A stretch of 46,018 bases of DNA, from positions 1 to 46,018 of the forward strand of contig JBJTRH010000356.1 of the NCBI GenBank assembly GCA_046076065.1, in the 5' to 3' direction. The notes below the pieces were generated by a model, which was not told the origin of the DNA, ran no database searches, and saw only the letters and a program-made list of their open reading frames with translations. This DNA comes from Planctomycetaceae bacterium (GTDB taxonomy: Bacteria > Planctomycetota > Planctomycetia > Pirellulales > UBA1268). Position numbers and translations under genes: made by a program. Below, one piece after another: positions 43,606-46,018 of the stretch. Every line of letters begins with the position of its first letter. Position 1 is the first letter of the stretch.

Positions 43606-45567
43606 TCAGAACTGCTCCAGTCGCAGGACGTCCACCGGCTCGATCCAGGCGGTGAGCCGGTCATCGGCGAACGTGGGGCCCTTGAGCTCGTCGAGGATGC
43701 CGCCGGCGACGTCGGCCGGCACGATCGTCTCGAAGCGGACCAGCGGCCTCGATCCCGCGGCGGACTCGCGTCGCCCGCCTCCGTGGCAGGGCACGGCCGT
43801 GTAGCCCGAGGCGCCGCGGTCGCGGACCATGGCCACGAGCGCAGGCTCGGCCGTCGCGGGGCCGACGACCGTGATCCGCCGCATCTGCACCGTCACCCGC
43901 TTGCGGGTCGCGTGGGGATGCCCGGAGAGCTGCCTGTGGCCGCCGAGGCCGACCACGTCGAGCCGCAGCCCGGCCTGTTCGAAGTCGAGCGCGAGCTCAT
44001 GGAGCTTCTCCATCACGCTGTGGTCCACGAGCTGCGCCCCGGCGAGATTCACGATCACGTTGTTGTGCTGCACGAGGCCGAGCTGTTCGATCTGGCGGCG
44101 GAACGGCAGCCAGTTGCTGAACACCGCCGAGCCGCTGGCGTCGATCTGGACGGTGGCGTCGTCCACGGTGCTGACCTTGAGAAACGGCTTGAAGAACGAC
44201 GACAACGGCACCCCGTTGATGGCATGGATCACGAACTTCAGCAGGATCCCGATCCCCACGCCGACGAGCAGATCGGTGGCCAGCACGCCGACGATCGTGG
44301 CCACGAAGATCAGCAGCTGCTCCGAGCCGATCTTGAACACGTTGATGAACTCGCGTGGTGACGCGAGCCGGAAGCCCGTGTACACGAGCATCGCGGCGAG
44401 TGCCGACAGCGGGATCATGTGGATCAGGCCCGGGGCGAGGGCCACCGCCGCCAGCAGGAAGATGCCGTGCCAGAAGTCGGCGAACCGCGTCCGGGCGCCG
44501 TTGTCGATGTTGGCCTTGCTCCGCACGATCTCGGAGATCATGGGGAGGCCGCCGATCGCCGCGGCGGCGACGTTCGCCACGCCCACCGCCAGGAGATCGC
44601 GGTTCATGTCGGTCTTCCGCTTCCAGGGGTCAAGCAGATCGATCGCCTTGGCAGAGAGCAGCGATTCCACGCTGCCGACCAGGGCGAACATCACCACCCA
44701 CCACACGGCCGTGAATCGCAGGTCGGGCCGCGTGAAGACGGCGAAGTCGGGAGTCGTGATGGCGGCGGCGAGGTTGCCGGGCACGCTGACGAGGAACGAC
44801 TCGCCGACGGCGTAGTCGTGACCGGCGAACTGGTAGTAATGGTCGTGCGACAGGTCGAGCCAGCGGCCGAGCGGCACCGCCACGGCGAGCACCAGCAGCT
44901 GCGCCGGCACGAGCCCCAGCCACGAGGGGCGAAGGAGGCCGCGGATCATCGGCCAGCCGAACAGGATCGCGAGGCTCACGAGGCCGATCGCGGTGATCGC
45001 GGGATTGAGGTGGAGGATCTTCTCGGGCAGCTCCCGGAGAATCTCCAAGGGCTCGCCCTTGGCCTTCTGGCCGAAGACGACCGGCAGCTGCTTGAGACAA
45101 ATGATGAACCCGATCGCGGCGAGCATGCCGTGCACGACGGCAGTGGGGAAGAAGTCGCTGAGCGCACCGGCCCTCAGCAGGCCCAACGCCACCTGCAGCA
45201 GGCCGGCCACACAGCCCACCGCGATCGCCATCCGGTAGGCCTGGAAGTCGGCGTCGGGATCGGTTCCGCCGGTGTACCCGAACGACTGCATCGCCCCGAG
45301 CACGATCACGATCATGCCGGCGGCAGGCCCCTTGATCGTGAGCTCGGAGTTGCTGATGAAGCTCGTGACGACCGCGCCCACCACGGCCGTAAAGACGCCC
45401 GCGACCGGTGGAAACCCGCTTGCCAGGGCGATGCCGAGGCACAGCGGCAGCGCGATCAGGAACACGAGGAATCCGCTGATCGCGTCGGGCTGCGTGAACT
45501 GGAGGCACTCGGGCCAGCGGCCGCGGGGGATGTCGCCGGCCGGGGCCGGGGTGGGAGGCAGGTTCAT
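43606..45567 (-). CDS. SulP/SLC26 inorganic anion (probably bicarbonate) transporter with STAS-like domain and fused C-terminal PII/SbtB-like domain
   Basis: SGFLVFLIALPLCLGIALASG, ESLLSAKAID, GGLPMISEIVRSKAN, STAS-like VNLAGAQLVDHSVME; last about 92 aa contain RITVV..GASGYT..C.GGG..VRFETIV..VDVLRLEQF. Confidence 0.85.
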   Translation of the reverse strand: MNLPPTPAPAGDIPRGRWPECLQFTQPDAISGFLVFLIALPLCLGIALASGFPPVAGVFTAVVGAVVTSFISNSELTIKGPAAGMIVIVLGAMQSFGYTGGTDPDADFQAYRMAIAVGCVAGLLQVALGLLRAGALSDFFPTAVVHGMLAAIGFIICLKQLPVVFGQKAKGEPLEILRELPEKILHLNPAITAIGLVSLAILFGWPMIRGLLRPSWLGLVPAQLLVLAVAVPLGRWLDLSHDHYYQFAGHDYAVGESFLVSVPGNLAAAITTPDFAVFTRPDLRFTAVWWVVMFALVGSVESLLSAKAIDLLDPWKRKTDMNRDLLAVGVANVAAAAIGGLPMISEIVRSKANIDNGARTRFADFWHGIFLLAAVALAPGLIHMIPLSALAAMLVYTGFRLASPREFINVFKIGSEQLLIFVATIVGVLATDLLVGVGIGILLKFVIHAINGVPLSSFFKPFLKVSTVDDATVQIDASGSAVFSNWLPFRRQIEQLGLVQHNNVIVNLAGAQLVDHSVMEKLHELALDFEQAGLRLDVVGLGGHRQLSGHPHATRKRVTVQMRRITVVGPATAEPALVAMVRDRGASGYTAVPCHGGGRRESAAGSRPLVRFETIVPADVAGGILDELKGPTFADDRLTAWIEPVDVLRLEQF

Positions 45568-46018
45568 CGGTGGTCTCCGGGGGATGCGGGAGCGGCATGG
45601 TCATGGTGCCGCGACGCGAGCAGCGACGTGGCCACCTTCTCGAGCGAACGGACGAGCGGGCCGGGCCAGATGCCGAGCCCGAAGAGGATCACGAGCAGGC
45701 CCGTGAACGCGACGCGCTCCCGGGGCAGAATCGCGTGCCGGGGTGCGTCGACGGTGACGGGGCCGCCGAACACGCGAAACCAGCCGCGGACGACGGCGAT
45801 CGCGGCGAATACGGTCGTCAGGATCACCAGCAAACCGGCGTGGGTGTGGTCGTCGAGGCTGCCGGCGATGATCAGGTCGTCGGCGACAAAGGAGAGTGTG
45901 CCAGGAAAGCCGAGGGCCGCGAGGCCGAACAGCAGGAAGAAAGCCGCCAGGGCCGGTGCGTCGGCGAACCGACCCTGCAGCGTCTCGATCGAGATCTGAC
46001 CCCCGCGGCTCTCCAGCG
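45564..46018 (-). CDS. NuoM/MrpD-like proton-conducting membrane subunit, 3' part only
   Basis: Frame is open to the window edge: ..PALAAFFLLFGLAALGFPGTLSFVADDL..LLVILFGLGIWPGPLV. The GxPGTxxF motif and terminal helix are typical of antiporter-like subunits. ATGA-coupled to SulP. Confidence 0.75.
   Translation of the reverse strand, partial: LESRGGQISIETLQGRFADAPALAAFFLLFGLAALGFPGTLSFVADDLIIAGSLDDHTHAGLLVILTTVFAAIAVVRGWFRVFGGPVTVDAPRHAILPRERVAFTGLLVILFGLGIWPGPLVRSLEKVATSLLASRHHDHAAPASPGDHR

Noticed and set aside
38615-43804. 1729-aa plus-strand ORF
   Set aside because: Exact antisense of the PEP-CTERM protein and hypF, with no recognisable motifs.

Overview
GC-rich bacterial DNA, very probably from a planctomycete: it carries two DUF1559/H-X9-DG prepilin-like genes, three PEP-CTERM genes and two Cys-type sulfatases. 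Three blocks are visible. (1) 0.4-14.4 kb is pyrimidine/pseudouridine catabolism: mmsA, preA, preT, an N-carbamoyl amidohydrolase, psuG, a frameshifted PfkB kinase and BtpA/SgcQ, plus pdxH and a glutaminase-STAS-cNMP fusion. (2) 14.5-43.6 kb is a hydrogen-metabolism region. It holds a four-gene group 3b [NiFe]-hydrogenase, a group 2a (Huc/HupSL-type) hydrogenase with protease, TPR, Rieske and NHL accessory genes, and one full hypABCDEF set broken up by sulfatase, PEP-CTERM and P450 genes. (3) 43.6-46 kb is the end of a putative inorganic-carbon uptake operon: a NuoM-like subunit and a SulP-STAS protein fused to a PII/SbtB-like domain. The most unexpected items are a two-copy, multi-hairpin non-coding element with compensatory base changes, a Bacillus Tgl-like transglutaminase-fold orphan, the SulP-SbtB fusion, and the pairing of 2a and 3b hydrogenases with only one protease and no recognisable HucM. 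All calls come from motif recognition by eye; no database search was run.
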